Counted from the stretch's first letter, positions 28,614 to 39,724 are shown. The stretch is 64,000 nt of DNA from Euryarchaeota archaeon UBA462 (GCA_002506755.1 DAYD01000021.1:29452-93451), one strand, 5' to 3'. Numbers and translations are program-made. The notes: generated by a model from the sequence alone, not told the origin.

Positions 28614-29882
28614 ATGGATCAATTAGAAGTTTTAGTTGTGGGCAATGGGGGCAGGGAACATGCAATAGTTTTGGGTCTGTCCGAAAGTCATTCGGTCTCT
28701 ACTCTACATTGCACACCCGGAAATGCAGGAACCATCGATTTAGCAATGAATCACAATGTCTCAGCATCAGATATTGAGGGAATTGTGTCCTTGTCCAAAG
28801 AATTAGATGTTTCAATGGTGGTAGTGGGGCCAGAATCGCCCTTGGTCGACGGTCTTTCGGACAGGCTTAGACGGGAAGGCATTCCTTGCTTTGGCCCCAA
28901 CTCTGAAGGAGCTATGCTAGAGGGGTCAAAACTACACGCAAAAAAAATAATGGAACAATTAGGCATTCCAACAGCCAAATTCAAAATTATCCGCAACCAA
29001 TCCTCGATCAATGAATCGCTAGACGAATTCAACCCTCCCTGGGTGATAAAGCGAGACGTCCTAGCTGGTGGAAAGGGCGTTACTGTTACATCCTCAAGAA
29101 AAGAAGCTCATAATGTACTCAAGGATGGAATTGAACTCGACAAATTTGTGCTTTTGGAGGAGTACCTTGAGGGCGAGGAGGCTTCAATACTGGTAATTAT
29201 GGACGAGTCAGGGTACGTCATGCTGCCTCCCAGTCAGGATCACAAAAGAGCATTTGACGGCGACATAGGTCCTAATACGGGCGGAATGGGTGCTTATGCG
29301 CCCGCACCTGTTGCAAGCCCGTCAGTAATTGCTAGAACTAGAGAAGAAATTGTTGAACCCATGCATCACCATTTGAGGAATTCCTCTACGCCTTACAGGG
29401 GCTGCTTGTATGTCGGACTAATGATTAACCAAGACGGATCCCCCAAAGTAGTGGAATTCAATGTTAGGTTGGGTGACCCCGAAGCCCAAGTGACAATACC
29501 CCTAATTCGATCTGATTTCGGAGAGGCTCTCATGGCGACAGCTTTGGGAAAGTTGGAGACCGTCGAAGTAGATTTCAGCGATAAGCACGCCTCAACTGTT
29601 GTATTGGCATCCGAGGGCTATCCAGGAGAGGTGATATCGGGAAGATATGTGAGTGGTTGGGACACCAAAATTGAGGAGGGAGAAGTACTAGGTTTGTGCC
29701 ATATTGCAGGAGCTGTAACTAGTGATGATGGGCGACTCATTTCCACGGGGGGCCGAGTCTTGTCCGCCACAGGCGTAGCACCAAGCCTAGCAGAGGCCTT
29801 AGAGGCGTCATATCAGATTATTGAAGGCGTTCAACTGGAGGGTTCCCACTATAGAAAGGACATAGGATCTGGAGGACTTTAG
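28614..29882 (+). CDS. purD: phosphoribosylamine--glycine ligase
   Basis: LVVGNGGREHAI, the ATP-grasp blocks WVIKRDVLAGGKGV and EEYLEGEEASILV, NVRLGDPEAQ, and the C-terminal GGRVLSATG. Confidence 0.95.
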   Translation: MDQLEVLVVGNGGREHAIVLGLSESHSVSTLHCTPGNAGTIDLAMNHNVSASDIEGIVSLSKELDVSMVVVGPESPLVDGLSDRLRREGIPCFGPNSEGAMLEGSKLHAKKIMEQLGIPTAKFKIIRNQSSINESLDEFNPPWVIKRDVLAGGKGVTVTSSRKEAHNVLKDGIELDKFVLLEEYLEGEEASILVIMDESGYVMLPPSQDHKRAFDGDIGPNTGGMGAYAPAPVASPSVIARTREEIVEPMHHHLRNSSTPYRGCLYVGLMINQDGSPKVVEFNVRLGDPEAQVTIPLIRSDFGEALMATALGKLETVEVDFSDKHASTVVLASEGYPGEVISGRYVSGWDTKIEEGEVLGLCHIAGAVTSDDGRLISTGGRVLSATGVAPSLAEALEASYQIIEGVQLEGSHYRKDIGSGGL

Positions 29883-29921
29883 TGATGGAAAAACTAGTAG
29901 ATTTTATGAACGTAAATTCCG

Positions 29922-29938
29922 ACCGTTCTACGAACGGT
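29922..29938 (+). terminator. hairpin ACCGTTC-TAC-GAACGGT downstream of purD
   Basis: Perfect 7-bp inverted repeat 40 nt after the purD stop, preceded by ATTTTAT. Its function is unproven. Confidence 0.25.
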
Positions 29939-29990
29939 TAAAACAAGCGTTTGGGTCGCGGCGCTGCTAGGTAGAAGGAAACTAGGTCCG

Positions 29991-32900
29991 GTGGATGGGA
30001 TGGAGACTGATATTGAGAGTGCCAAAGAAGGACAGAGATTACCTATTTTTGCAGCCCCAATTGCTATCTCAATCTCGCTTCTTTTACTTCTAATTGCTGT
30101 TTCTTCCCTAGATGGAAGGGAAATTTCTGGAGAATACGTATCTGCAGCAGTTATCATCTCATTATCCGCATTATTGCCTGCATATGCTGGCCGATCCAGC
30201 AATCAAATTCCATTTGGGTCCGGCAATCTGAGAATCATATCTCTCTCCATTGGTCTTCTGATCGTCTCACTGGTCGCAAATTGGATTGATGACTCAAACT
30301 TCAGCAACATGTTTGTCGCTACATTCCTCCTCCTTGGGATAGGTACAGCTATTCTAAATGAATACGGCAGATTGGAGGAGTCCTCTGTGCTTCTATCTAT
30401 TGTGCTTGGAATGAGGCTCGCAGTGATATATGCGTCAGAACTTGGAATCGCCCAATCGACTTCAACCGCATTGGTTGACCTACAAAGGGCTTCAATTGGT
30501 AGCGCATTCTTCTCCTTTTGGTTTGCAGCAATTTCCCTCGGGTTCTTGGTGATGATTTCTATTAGAGGAACGCTCGAATCTCGTGGGAGAGGTACTCTGT
30601 TCTCTGGGATTCCTTACTTCAGTGAGAATAGAGAGGTAGTCGCCTATCCATTTCTTATTTTCGCAGGCTTCTTGATACCACTTCTATGGTTGGGTAATCT
30701 AACCGATCTTACAGAGTATTCTGAGGGTAGACACCTAGGAGTAGTTTGGGCAATTTTCTCAGCACTGATAATCCTAATCTTTTCCTTCTTCAGATCCGAG
30801 GGATGGCACGTTCTAAGCTCTATGTTGGTTGTAAATTGGCTCCTGTACACATTAGGTCACCTTCACGAGATTGGCAACGAGCTTCCATCATTGTTTTCAG
30901 AGGATGGGTTCATCGGAACATTCACATGGTTCTTCCTAGGATTCTGGATGAATTTTTTTGCTATCTTTTTCGCTTCCAGAGGGGCATTTGGGGATATTGC
31001 CCCCAGAAGGGACAACAGCGGATACAGAATTTGGTGGTCCAATAACTCCTATCCCGTCATGATTGCATTTGCATTCTTAATTGCACTAGTTGTAAGGGTG
31101 GCATGGAACGTAATCCCTGCAATGAATGCTTCAGGAACCGGACTATGGGATATGACGGGCGGTTCAGACCCGTGGTACATGAAAAGAGTCGTTGATTTCG
31201 TAATAGCTGAAAGGAGCCATCTAATCTACGATCATGACAGGGCATACCCATCAGGAGGAATTAATCCAAGACCACCTCTTTTCTCATGGTCTTTGGCGTT
31301 AGGTGCTATTTTCATAACATGGCTACTGGAGATGCCGGTTAGTGAATCCGTATGGTGGTCAATGTCGGCCCTACCAGCAGTTTACGGAGCTCTGATCGTC
31401 TTTCCCATCGCTGGAATAGCTAGCAGGGCACACACTAAGAGATCGGGAATCTTTGCGGCATGGCTCATCGCTCTAATGCCGGGTCACATGAGTAGGTCCA
31501 CTTTCGCTATGTCCGACCACGATTCTTTCGCGATGTTGTTTCTTGCAATCGCCTTTTACTTTTGGATCCGTGCTCTCGAACACCTGGAAAACAGGAAGGT
31601 ATTCAATGAAACAAGCACTAATCCGCTATACATCCTTGCGGGCATTAGAGACACTTGGCAGAAAAACCCTGCGTTGATGGCCAACGCGACAATGTCAGGG
31701 ATTGCGTTCTCTGTGATGGCACTAGGTTGGAAGGGGTTCGTTTACGGTCCAGGAATTTTATTCCTAGCCTACTCGTTTCAGGTTGCTATCAACATATTTG
31801 GAAGAAAAGACAGTTTACAATTTACTTCAGCAGCATTGCAAATGATGCTCACATCTATCCTTATCCCCTTTGCATTCTATGCCTGGCCTGGGATGAACCT
31901 GTTGTTTGCCCCAAGCGGAATGCAGCCAATGTTCTACATAATTGGATTTACATTTGCGGTAGGATGGGTTTCAAGCTCGTTTAGGGACAAGCCATGGTTG
32001 CTGGTGGTGATGGGTGGAACAGTGCTCTTTGGTACAATACTCGCGCTTCTTTGGATCCTACAGGAAGCAGAACTCTACAACGGTTGGGACATACTATTCA
32101 CTGGAGGATTCTACTTCTCTAAGAACAAAATATTCGGTACAATTGGAGAGGCTCAGGCCCCAGATAGGGGTGTCCTGTTTGCTTCTTACGGACCTGTCGT
32201 AGCATTAATCGCTATAGGTTGCTCTTTCATTCTACTCTGGAGGGGTAGCAGAAAAAGTAAATCAGGACTCACTCTTTTGGGTCTCTGGACAATAATTGCT
32301 ACTTACATGGCATGGACTGCTGGGAGATTCATCATCAATGCCACTCCACCTATCGCAGTAGCTGGAGGAATCGGAATATCCATGCTATGGGGCAGCGCAA
32401 ATTTTTCCTCTTTCACAAAAGCATGGCGTAATTCCGGAATCGGGACACCCGGAACGCGATTCAGATCACTCTGGCCAGCTACAAAGGCAAGACCTGGAGT
32501 TCCGGCGATGATCATGGTTATCTTGCTCATAAGCTCTCAACATGCAACATACGGAGTGGATTCCGGAATTCCAAGGGGGGAGCAGTCAGCTTACGAAATT
32601 GACGAGACTATTTACGAAATCGCACCAGATATTTTCAGGTACGATTTCTTCAACCTGTTTTCATTACTAAAAAGCAAGCCATACAATCCCCAAGAATCAG
32701 GACTGTGGTATATGGGGACATTCGGCCCCAGTTTCAATTCCCAAGGTTGGAATGAGGCCTACCAATGGTTATCTGAGCAAGATAACGCAACACCATTCAG
32801 TGAACGGCCAGCTTTCGTTTCCTGGTGGGACTATGGGTTCCAAGCACTTTCTTCTGGACAACACCCTACAGTAGCAGACAACTTCCAGTCTGGAATTCCC

Positions 32901-35900
32901 AATAGCGGGGCAATGCTTCTATCCGCGGGTCAAGAAGACACGCTTTCCTTATTCATTGCAACTTTAGCATTAGGTGACAGAAGTGTCAATGGTGGGCAGA
33001 TGAGCGAGGAATTCCGTTCCGTTCTCGATTCACATATGCATGAAGATCAAGTTTCTGAGTTTTCTGCTATAATTTCAAACGGTGATTGCAACCCAAGATG
33101 CAGAGAATTCGTAATGGATAGATCGATGTCAGTTATAGCAGAATACGGGACAACTGAACTACTTCATGGCCATATTCTGGATGATATGGGACTACCTATC
33201 GAAGAAGAATTTTGGTTGGTTTTGAAGGAAGGTGAGCAGTACGGAGAGCCAACCTCCAATGAGTCAGAGGGTCTGTCATTGTTCGATCAAGCTAGAGGTT
33301 CATCTTCCTCCTATGAAATAAAGGATCAGCCTGATCACTATGACTTAGGGGGTTATAGATACACTAAAGATCTCTATGATGACTTCTATGACGTTTCGAC
33401 TGGTTTGCACAGGGCTAATGCGAAGTTTGGAATGATGAGGGCATTCTTGACCTCTGGCTTCCAATTAAATGAGCTTGTCTCCATTTATGATGGAATCACT
33501 TCAATCGACAATTACGTAGTCACAGACTACGATGGGGGGACTACTACTAGGAATCACGAGATTCGGTACTTCGCAGTAGACAACAGATTGTACCCGCTTG
33601 GAGGAAAATACAACGCAGATTATTCCAGCTACCACAGGGGCCAGACAACTGGGATCTTCCACGCACCAACCCACCTATCAGGACTCGATATAGACACTTA
33701 CATCACCACGACATATGAGACGAATCAAGGTATGATGGACTCGCAGGAGTATTCGGATAGATACATGGAGGACATTAGGTCCCAAGCATCTGGAGCCACT
33801 ACAGCAGATGAAATGATAGCAATAAATGATATCGACTATCAGCACAATGAACAATTCTTCGAGACTATGGTCGCAAGGACCTATGTGGGCTATGGGACCT
33901 CAACTTTAGGGCTCGACTCACCCGGTGGCCTATCGGGCCAGGCAGACTCTCCATCCTCGTGGATCGCTCCTTCGGCCCTATCCGGATCCCCTGGTAGCTA
34001 CCTTGAGGGAGCCATGGCATTGCCGGGCGCGATGATGAACCACTTTGTCATCTCTAATTGGTATGATCCAACCGATGGAGCAAGCTGCGAAACTAACGAT
34101 ACTGGGATTAAGATTGACCAATACTGTGGGACTGTTTACGACTCCAACAGATTTGTCAAGATTCTGAAGTACTACAGCGGTGCAACTTTGGAGGGAACAG
34201 TGACCCTTGACGGGATTGGGCCAGTTCCTAATGCGCGGATTTTGATAGAAAGAGATGCATTTAGCGGTGAAGAAGAAGAGGATGAGAATGGCGAAGTAAT
34301 TGATAGAGATTCAAGGACTTTCTGGATACCTATTGGCACCACCCAAGCAGATGATAATGGTGACTTCTCATTTGTAGCCCCATCTGGAAAAATCAGAGTG
34401 ACAGCGTTCACCGGAGAACCAGATTTGGACAGTGGAAGATCCACAATTATGTCTGGAATGGGCTACGCGATGAGTGAGCTCTTCACAGAGGATCCTGAAA
34501 TCAGGAACGTAAATCCAGTCACTGGTATTCTTGGTGATGTCTTTGGTTCGACATGGCTAAAACACACTATCGTTAATGTCTCTGGAGCTGATGGCCACAG
34601 CAACGGCGAACAGGTCATTGATGCATCGATTACAGTAGAACCCTCGATGGCCTCAGGAATACTTACTTGGTCTGGACAGCTAGATTTTGATGGTCAACCT
34701 GTCACATCCGCCGAAGTCGTACTAACACCAGTTTCCAGTGAGGTAAATATAGGACCTTATAGAAGTCAGACTTCCAACGGGTCAGTCACCGGCCAATCTC
34801 TAAGATTCACTGGAGAAGGGGAAGTCACATTTTCAGGAAACGGCTCAGTAATTTCACAAGGAACGGTCTCCGTTAGTGAGTTTACAGGTACCCAGGCGCA
34901 AACAATATTCGACAATCACAGTGTCACGGGAGAAGGTGAATTCTCTGGGAAGGGGACACTAGAAGGTTTCCTTGGTGAAGAAATTCCAGTTTGCACAGAG
35001 GGGGACATTCCCTTAGGAGTTGAAGTATGCCTAGTTAGTGAGGGGTTGTATCTCGTTAACGGTACTGTGAACGCTTCTGGCCGGTTCACTTCGCAAGGAA
35101 TCAGCCAGTACACGAGGTCGCTTGTACAAGCCTCCCTTGTCGGGTCTGGAACTTTCACAACCGATACTTCACTAACGCTTTCAGAATACGGGACTATTAA
35201 TGGTACAGGAACATTCTCCGGAGATGGTGAATTTAGCGGACCAATGGTTAGTGCGGGCTCATTTCACATTGTAGACGCTCTACCTGGGGATTACATAATC
35301 TCGGTTGATTTTGGAGATGGAAATCAAATAGAATTAGGGCAAACTTTCCAGATTCCATTGAATCCATCAGATTCCCAAACGCCCGTGAATATTTTCGGTG
35401 GTGCGATAAAGGGAGAAGTATCCCTTCACTCTGGAGAGCCACTGTCGAGCGAAATTGCAATTCTTCTGTCAAATGAATCATACGATTCCTCAATCGAGGG
35501 TTGTGAAGCGATAGTCCGGCCACCGTGCACAATATTGCCCGAAAATGATGGGTCATTCGAAATAGGCCCAGTCATCCCAGGATCTTACTCTGTACAGGTA
35601 GATGTCGATGATGATGGATTCCCGGAAATATCCGAGAGCTACATTTTCAGATCCGATGAAGACTCGCTCTCCACATTTCCATCGGTTGTCCCGGATACAA
35701 CCGATATCAGCTTCACGGTTAGGGATGGGGGCATTATCGTCGAGAATCTGAGCCTAATCTTCAGATCCGTAAATCAATCGATAGCTGATGTGACTTCAAT
35801 TTATGATGAAGAAACGGGAATTTACAACTCAGAACTAACTCAAGGTGAATGGCTTCTGAATTACACCATCGAAGGTGATAAGCAACTTTGGCAAAGAATC

Positions 35901-38900
35901 ACTATCGGTGCCGAAGATATATCTGGAGCAGATTATGAATTTGTAGAGAGTCAAACGGTGAGTGGCGTAATCTCCGATGGCTCTGGTAAAGACAATCCGG
36001 AATCCCCTCCCGGACTTCCGGTTTCCTACCAGGAAGTGCTTTTCCAGTGGGATGGGTTCTCAATTACCTCGATTACTGATCAAAATGGAAACTTTAGCGT
36101 TAACTTGCCTGTTGGGGCCTGGATAGATCTAACCGTCGAACGCACAGTTGGTGCAGGTGGCTTCCTTTCAAATGGGACCCGATTCCAAGTCAGTGAAGAA
36201 ATGCCTGACATCTCGATAGACCTTAGGCCTGCAATGATGGTTATGGGTGCAGCGAGCCTAAACAGGGAAGGAAATACCTACAATCAAGGATTCCCAGGTT
36301 GGGTCCCTGTTTTTGCCTTAGCAAACAACCTAGATGGATTTACCCAAGCAGTTTGGCGGTCCGAGGTTGATGAGCTTGGAAGGTTCGACGCACTACTCCC
36401 CGTAGGCAACTGGTCCCTGACCCTAGATGCTGGGGAGATGGGATCATCATCTGAAACCATAGAGGTAAACGCTACATCTGACTCCGTCGAGCTACTAATT
36501 TTACCCGAGGACAATAGCACTGTTTCCATCGACTTCTTTATTGATCGACAAGGTGACAATAACCAATCTAATGGAACTCCAGTGCCAAATACCTTCCCGT
36601 TCGAAATAGTTCCTTTGACATCCAACGGACTTGGTGTCACCGTAAATGCTGCTGGATCTGAATGGATATCCGAGGGAACCGCACAAGTTTCACTTGAACC
36701 TGGCAAGTACAGAATAGTCGTTGAAAGGGCAAATTCATCTGCTAGTGAGCTATTCGACACACTCTATGACACAAACAAGGTCTTCGATGTTTATCTGGAA
36801 CCATCGGAGATTACAAGATCAGTCGGTTTCGAACCTCTTTGGCTTGTCAACATAACACTGACAAACCAAAGCAAAGATCCGTTGAGTAATCACGTTGTTA
36901 AGTTGCAGAATTCTGAGAGCGGCTGGATCCAGACCTTTATCACCAACGAGTCCGGTAAGGTCTTAGAATATGTTGAAGAAGGGGATTGGGTACTAATTGT
37001 AGACGAATTTGAAAGCAGCTCTGGAGTCTTTGAGGGCCTAAGGGAATTAATCTCGGTCTCTGAAAATACTGCAGGATCGGTGTATGACTTAGAGACTTCC
37101 CAGTTGGCTAATATCGCTATAAATCTAACATCGGAACCCTCCGGAGTTGACCTCGGAGAAATGGAAGTCACCTTGACCTCACAGGAGGGGCTTGGCTCAT
37201 TCTCAATATCTCACCCGGGATTCGGACAGACTCTAGAGATGAGACTAACACCAGGGCTTTGGAACATAGAGATGAATGAAACAGAGGAAGGGGTCCGACT
37301 TCTTCTAGAAAACACATCTTTGTCCGAGTCTGGCATTACGGTAGGAGAAGTCAATGAGGTCTCCTTAACGGTACAGAGGCTAGCTCAGCTTTCTGGGATT
37401 GTTTTCTGGGACCTCGATGAAAACGACTCTCCCGGTTTCTTTGAAGGTCTATCTAACGCTTCATTAACTATCTCTCCAAACATCCCAGAATTGGAACTAG
37501 ACACATACGAAATATTCTCCGGAGAGAACGGGGCATGGTCAGTTTACCTTCCCGCTCAAACCTCTTGGGACGTCGAGGTCACGAAGGATGGATTCGAAAA
37601 TGTGGAATTAAGCATAGGTCTTGGGTTAGAATCTATGTCTGAAGACATAGAAATAGCAGCGGGAGAGGTAGAAGTCTCAGGAATTGTCTCGTATCCAGAT
37701 AACTCATGTATATCCAACGAGGATTGGGATCTAGTAATGATACCATCTCACGGAATATCTCGAGAACGTGTAACAGCCACCAAGGTATCGGGCCCAAGTG
37801 GATGGACTGGAGAATGGTCAGCATCTGTTCAACCGGGGGATTGGGTGATCTACGCATCGTTAGATACCCAAAATCAAAATTGTCAAGGTCTTGTGTCAAT
37901 CAAATCTATGGAAGTAGGGGTTGATGGGGGTTCGCTGGATTCGGAATTGACAATCGGGGGCATTCTCAACCTCAACACTCGATGGCTGGACTTTGAAGGA
38001 GGGGTGCGTGATCTCTCGGAGGTATCTGACTACGACTTGAAATTTGAGATTGGGGCAACATCATGGTCCGAAACATTAGACGATGATGGTACAATATCCA
38101 TTCTAATAACCCCAAGTACTATTCAGGTATCGAGCGAATTCGAGATTTCAGAAGGCAACAGGAACGTATCTTACTCCGGTGGCCAAGGAATTGCGATAAG
38201 AGCAGGTCAGGACTCACCTCTAAAGACTCTGAATGTTGAGCGAGAGTCTAACCAAGATATCTCTGCAACTACCGTCGGTGAATCGAGGAAAACTGTCAGT
38301 GAAGTTGACCAATCGTGCACAAATGACAGCGATGGGGATGGATACATAGACGGCGAAGACGTATTCCCGGATGACTCCTCAGAGTGGAGAGACTTGGATG
38401 GAGATGGCATTGGTGACAATGAAGACAATGACGATGACAATGATGGTGATCTAGATTCGATTGATGAAGTAAACATCTATGCCGGTGGAGACAATTCTCC
38501 CTCGGGATGCGATTACACCAATGCTGAATTCAGCATAACTGTCACCTATGAGGGGCACAACTCGCTAGACCAGTACTCAGTAGTTGGAACCGTACCCGGT
38601 GCCGATGGTACCCTTTGGGATGTAAAGTTCGAGAATTCTACTTCCTCCGGAGATTGGCTAGACTCTATTACCTTTGAGATGGGCTTGAACAATTCAGACA
38701 TATCGGAGGAACTGAATGTTAGGGTAACACCAGCCAAAGTCGGGGAGGCCCACCACTTCACTGGAGGTCACAGAGTCCTGCTAAAGTTCTCTACCCAGCA
38801 AGGATATACAATGGAGATGGAGCTAATTGTTGATGTCCCTAAGTCACCAGGATTCAGGATGGAAATTACCGACGAGTATGATGAAATCACCTACTTCCCA

Positions 38901-39680
38901 CCTAATGAGCAAACGATATCCATCGAAATCCCCTTCAGGAACTCAGGAAACTCTGACGAGACATTCACATTCGAGTTCGAAGAATCCAACAATTGGGACG
39001 TCGCTGGACCAATGATGCAACCAGTTTCCCCTTTCTCTGACGGTCTTGCTACCTTCACCTTAATTCCAACATTTACAGGCAATCTAGCCTCTGATTATGA
39101 AGAGACGATAGACATCCTAGTGACTGATAGCTCAAATAATTCATACACATTCCAAAATAGACTAAAATTGGACTCCCCTAAGCTATCCGTTGTTGGTGAT
39201 TCTGCTACACTCCTTGGGAATAGGTTCCCAACCTTTGGGGAAATTGAGAGATATTCACTGAACGTATCAAACTCTGGAAACGTGTTAGCAGATGAGGTCA
39301 CGATCACAGCGACGTTGTGTTCAGAAATTACATGCGAAGATGATCAGAGACTCAACATAACCAGTACTGCAACAGGCACTGTCTCTTCTATGGACGAATC
39401 GACATTCTACTTCGATATGGATTTCACACAATTCGATTCGGCACAGAAGTACTACATCGTTTTCGAGATTACAGGTGAGGATTTGAGCGAGAAGGCTCAA
39501 TCTTGCGACAGCTCTAATTCGGTAGGCAAGCCATCATGTGTTATCGAAGCGCAACTATGGACAGGTTCAGAGGAAAATGAGAATCTAAAATATATGGCAT
39601 ACGTATTCATAATCCTGTTGATCTCCGCATTAGTTTACTTCACTAGAAGGCCAGGAAGAAGAGTTAGTGCTCCTTTCTGA
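29991..39680 (+). CDS. aglB: giant (3229 aa) oligosaccharyltransferase AglB/STT3 fusion protein
   Basis: Single 9.7-kb ORF starting at GTG 29991 or ATG 30000. STT3 hallmarks are SDPWYMKR (D393), IYDHDRAYPSGGINPRPPLFS, MSDHDSFAMLF, and WWDYG at aa 945-949 (nt 32823-32837) followed by HPTVADNFQSG. About 350 aa with roughly 10 hydrophobic helices precede the core. More than 2200 aa of beta-sandwich repeats, an Asp cluster and a final TM follow it. Confidence 0.85.
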   Translation: MDGMETDIESAKEGQRLPIFAAPIAISISLLLLLIAVSSLDGREISGEYVSAAVIISLSALLPAYAGRSSNQIPFGSGNLRIISLSIGLLIVSLVANWIDDSNFSNMFVATFLLLGIGTAILNEYGRLEESSVLLSIVLGMRLAVIYASELGIAQSTSTALVDLQRASIGSAFFSFWFAAISLGFLVMISIRGTLESRGRGTLFSGIPYFSENREVVAYPFLIFAGFLIPLLWLGNLTDLTEYSEGRHLGVVWAIFSALIILIFSFFRSEGWHVLSSMLVVNWLLYTLGHLHEIGNELPSLFSEDGFIGTFTWFFLGFWMNFFAIFFASRGAFGDIAPRRDNSGYRIWWSNNSYPVMIAFAFLIALVVRVAWNVIPAMNASGTGLWDMTGGSDPWYMKRVVDFVIAERSHLIYDHDRAYPSGGINPRPPLFSWSLALGAIFITWLLEMPVSESVWWSMSALPAVYGALIVFPIAGIASRAHTKRSGIFAAWLIALMPGHMSRSTFAMSDHDSFAMLFLAIAFYFWIRALEHLENRKVFNETSTNPLYILAGIRDTWQKNPALMANATMSGIAFSVMALGWKGFVYGPGILFLAYSFQVAINIFGRKDSLQFTSAALQMMLTSILIPFAFYAWPGMNLLFAPSGMQPMFYIIGFTFAVGWVSSSFRDKPWLLVVMGGTVLFGTILALLWILQEAELYNGWDILFTGGFYFSKNKIFGTIGEAQAPDRGVLFASYGPVVALIAIGCSFILLWRGSRKSKSGLTLLGLWTIIATYMAWTAGRFIINATPPIAVAGGIGISMLWGSANFSSFTKAWRNSGIGTPGTRFRSLWPATKARPGVPAMIMVILLISSQHATYGVDSGIPRGEQSAYEIDETIYEIAPDIFRYDFFNLFSLLKSKPYNPQESGLWYMGTFGPSFNSQGWNEAYQWLSEQDNATPFSERPAFVSWWDYGFQALSSGQHPTVADNFQSGIPNSGAMLLSAGQEDTLSLFIATLALGDRSVNGGQMSEEFRSVLDSHMHEDQVSEFSAIISNGDCNPRCREFVMDRSMSVIAEYGTTELLHGHILDDMGLPIEEEFWLVLKEGEQYGEPTSNESEGLSLFDQARGSSSSYEIKDQPDHYDLGGYRYTKDLYDDFYDVSTGLHRANAKFGMMRAFLTSGFQLNELVSIYDGITSIDNYVVTDYDGGTTTRNHEIRYFAVDNRLYPLGGKYNADYSSYHRGQTTGIFHAPTHLSGLDIDTYITTTYETNQGMMDSQEYSDRYMEDIRSQASGATTADEMIAINDIDYQHNEQFFETMVARTYVGYGTSTLGLDSPGGLSGQADSPSSWIAPSALSGSPGSYLEGAMALPGAMMNHFVISNWYDPTDGASCETNDTGIKIDQYCGTVYDSNRFVKILKYYSGATLEGTVTLDGIGPVPNARILIERDAFSGEEEEDENGEVIDRDSRTFWIPIGTTQADDNGDFSFVAPSGKIRVTAFTGEPDLDSGRSTIMSGMGYAMSELFTEDPEIRNVNPVTGILGDVFGSTWLKHTIVNVSGADGHSNGEQVIDASITVEPSMASGILTWSGQLDFDGQPVTSAEVVLTPVSSEVNIGPYRSQTSNGSVTGQSLRFTGEGEVTFSGNGSVISQGTVSVSEFTGTQAQTIFDNHSVTGEGEFSGKGTLEGFLGEEIPVCTEGDIPLGVEVCLVSEGLYLVNGTVNASGRFTSQGISQYTRSLVQASLVGSGTFTTDTSLTLSEYGTINGTGTFSGDGEFSGPMVSAGSFHIVDALPGDYIISVDFGDGNQIELGQTFQIPLNPSDSQTPVNIFGGAIKGEVSLHSGEPLSSEIAILLSNESYDSSIEGCEAIVRPPCTILPENDGSFEIGPVIPGSYSVQVDVDDDGFPEISESYIFRSDEDSLSTFPSVVPDTTDISFTVRDGGIIVENLSLIFRSVNQSIADVTSIYDEETGIYNSELTQGEWLLNYTIEGDKQLWQRITIGAEDISGADYEFVESQTVSGVISDGSGKDNPESPPGLPVSYQEVLFQWDGFSITSITDQNGNFSVNLPVGAWIDLTVERTVGAGGFLSNGTRFQVSEEMPDISIDLRPAMMVMGAASLNREGNTYNQGFPGWVPVFALANNLDGFTQAVWRSEVDELGRFDALLPVGNWSLTLDAGEMGSSSETIEVNATSDSVELLILPEDNSTVSIDFFIDRQGDNNQSNGTPVPNTFPFEIVPLTSNGLGVTVNAAGSEWISEGTAQVSLEPGKYRIVVERANSSASELFDTLYDTNKVFDVYLEPSEITRSVGFEPLWLVNITLTNQSKDPLSNHVVKLQNSESGWIQTFITNESGKVLEYVEEGDWVLIVDEFESSSGVFEGLRELISVSENTAGSVYDLETSQLANIAINLTSEPSGVDLGEMEVTLTSQEGLGSFSISHPGFGQTLEMRLTPGLWNIEMNETEEGVRLLLENTSLSESGITVGEVNEVSLTVQRLAQLSGIVFWDLDENDSPGFFEGLSNASLTISPNIPELELDTYEIFSGENGAWSVYLPAQTSWDVEVTKDGFENVELSIGLGLESMSEDIEIAAGEVEVSGIVSYPDNSCISNEDWDLVMIPSHGISRERVTATKVSGPSGWTGEWSASVQPGDWVIYASLDTQNQNCQGLVSIKSMEVGVDGGSLDSELTIGGILNLNTRWLDFEGGVRDLSEVSDYDLKFEIGATSWSETLDDDGTISILITPSTIQVSSEFEISEGNRNVSYSGGQGIAIRAGQDSPLKTLNVERESNQDISATTVGESRKTVSEVDQSCTNDSDGDGYIDGEDVFPDDSSEWRDLDGDGIGDNEDNDDDNDGDLDSIDEVNIYAGGDNSPSGCDYTNAEFSITVTYEGHNSLDQYSVVGTVPGADGTLWDVKFENSTSSGDWLDSITFEMGLNNSDISEELNVRVTPAKVGEAHHFTGGHRVLLKFSTQQGYTMEMELIVDVPKSPGFRMEITDEYDEITYFPPNEQTISIEIPFRNSGNSDETFTFEFEESNNWDVAGPMMQPVSPFSDGLATFTLIPTFTGNLASDYEETIDILVTDSSNNSYTFQNRLKLDSPKLSVVGDSATLLGNRFPTFGEIERYSLNVSNSGNVLADEVTITATLCSEITCEDDQRLNITSTATGTVSSMDESTFYFDMDFTQFDSAQKYYIVFEITGEDLSEKAQSCDSSNSVGKPSCVIEAQLWTGSEENENLKYMAYVFIILLISALVYFTRRPGRRVSAPF
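31050..32990 (+). other. STT3/AglB catalytic core (13-TM region plus WWDYG-containing soluble domain)
   Basis: See the motifs listed for the parent ORF. The core starts at YPVMIAFAFLIALVV (aa 354). Confidence 0.8.
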
Positions 39681-39724
39681 TACTCGCCTTCTAATACTCC
39701 TACTGCAAGCGGACATTTGGATAC

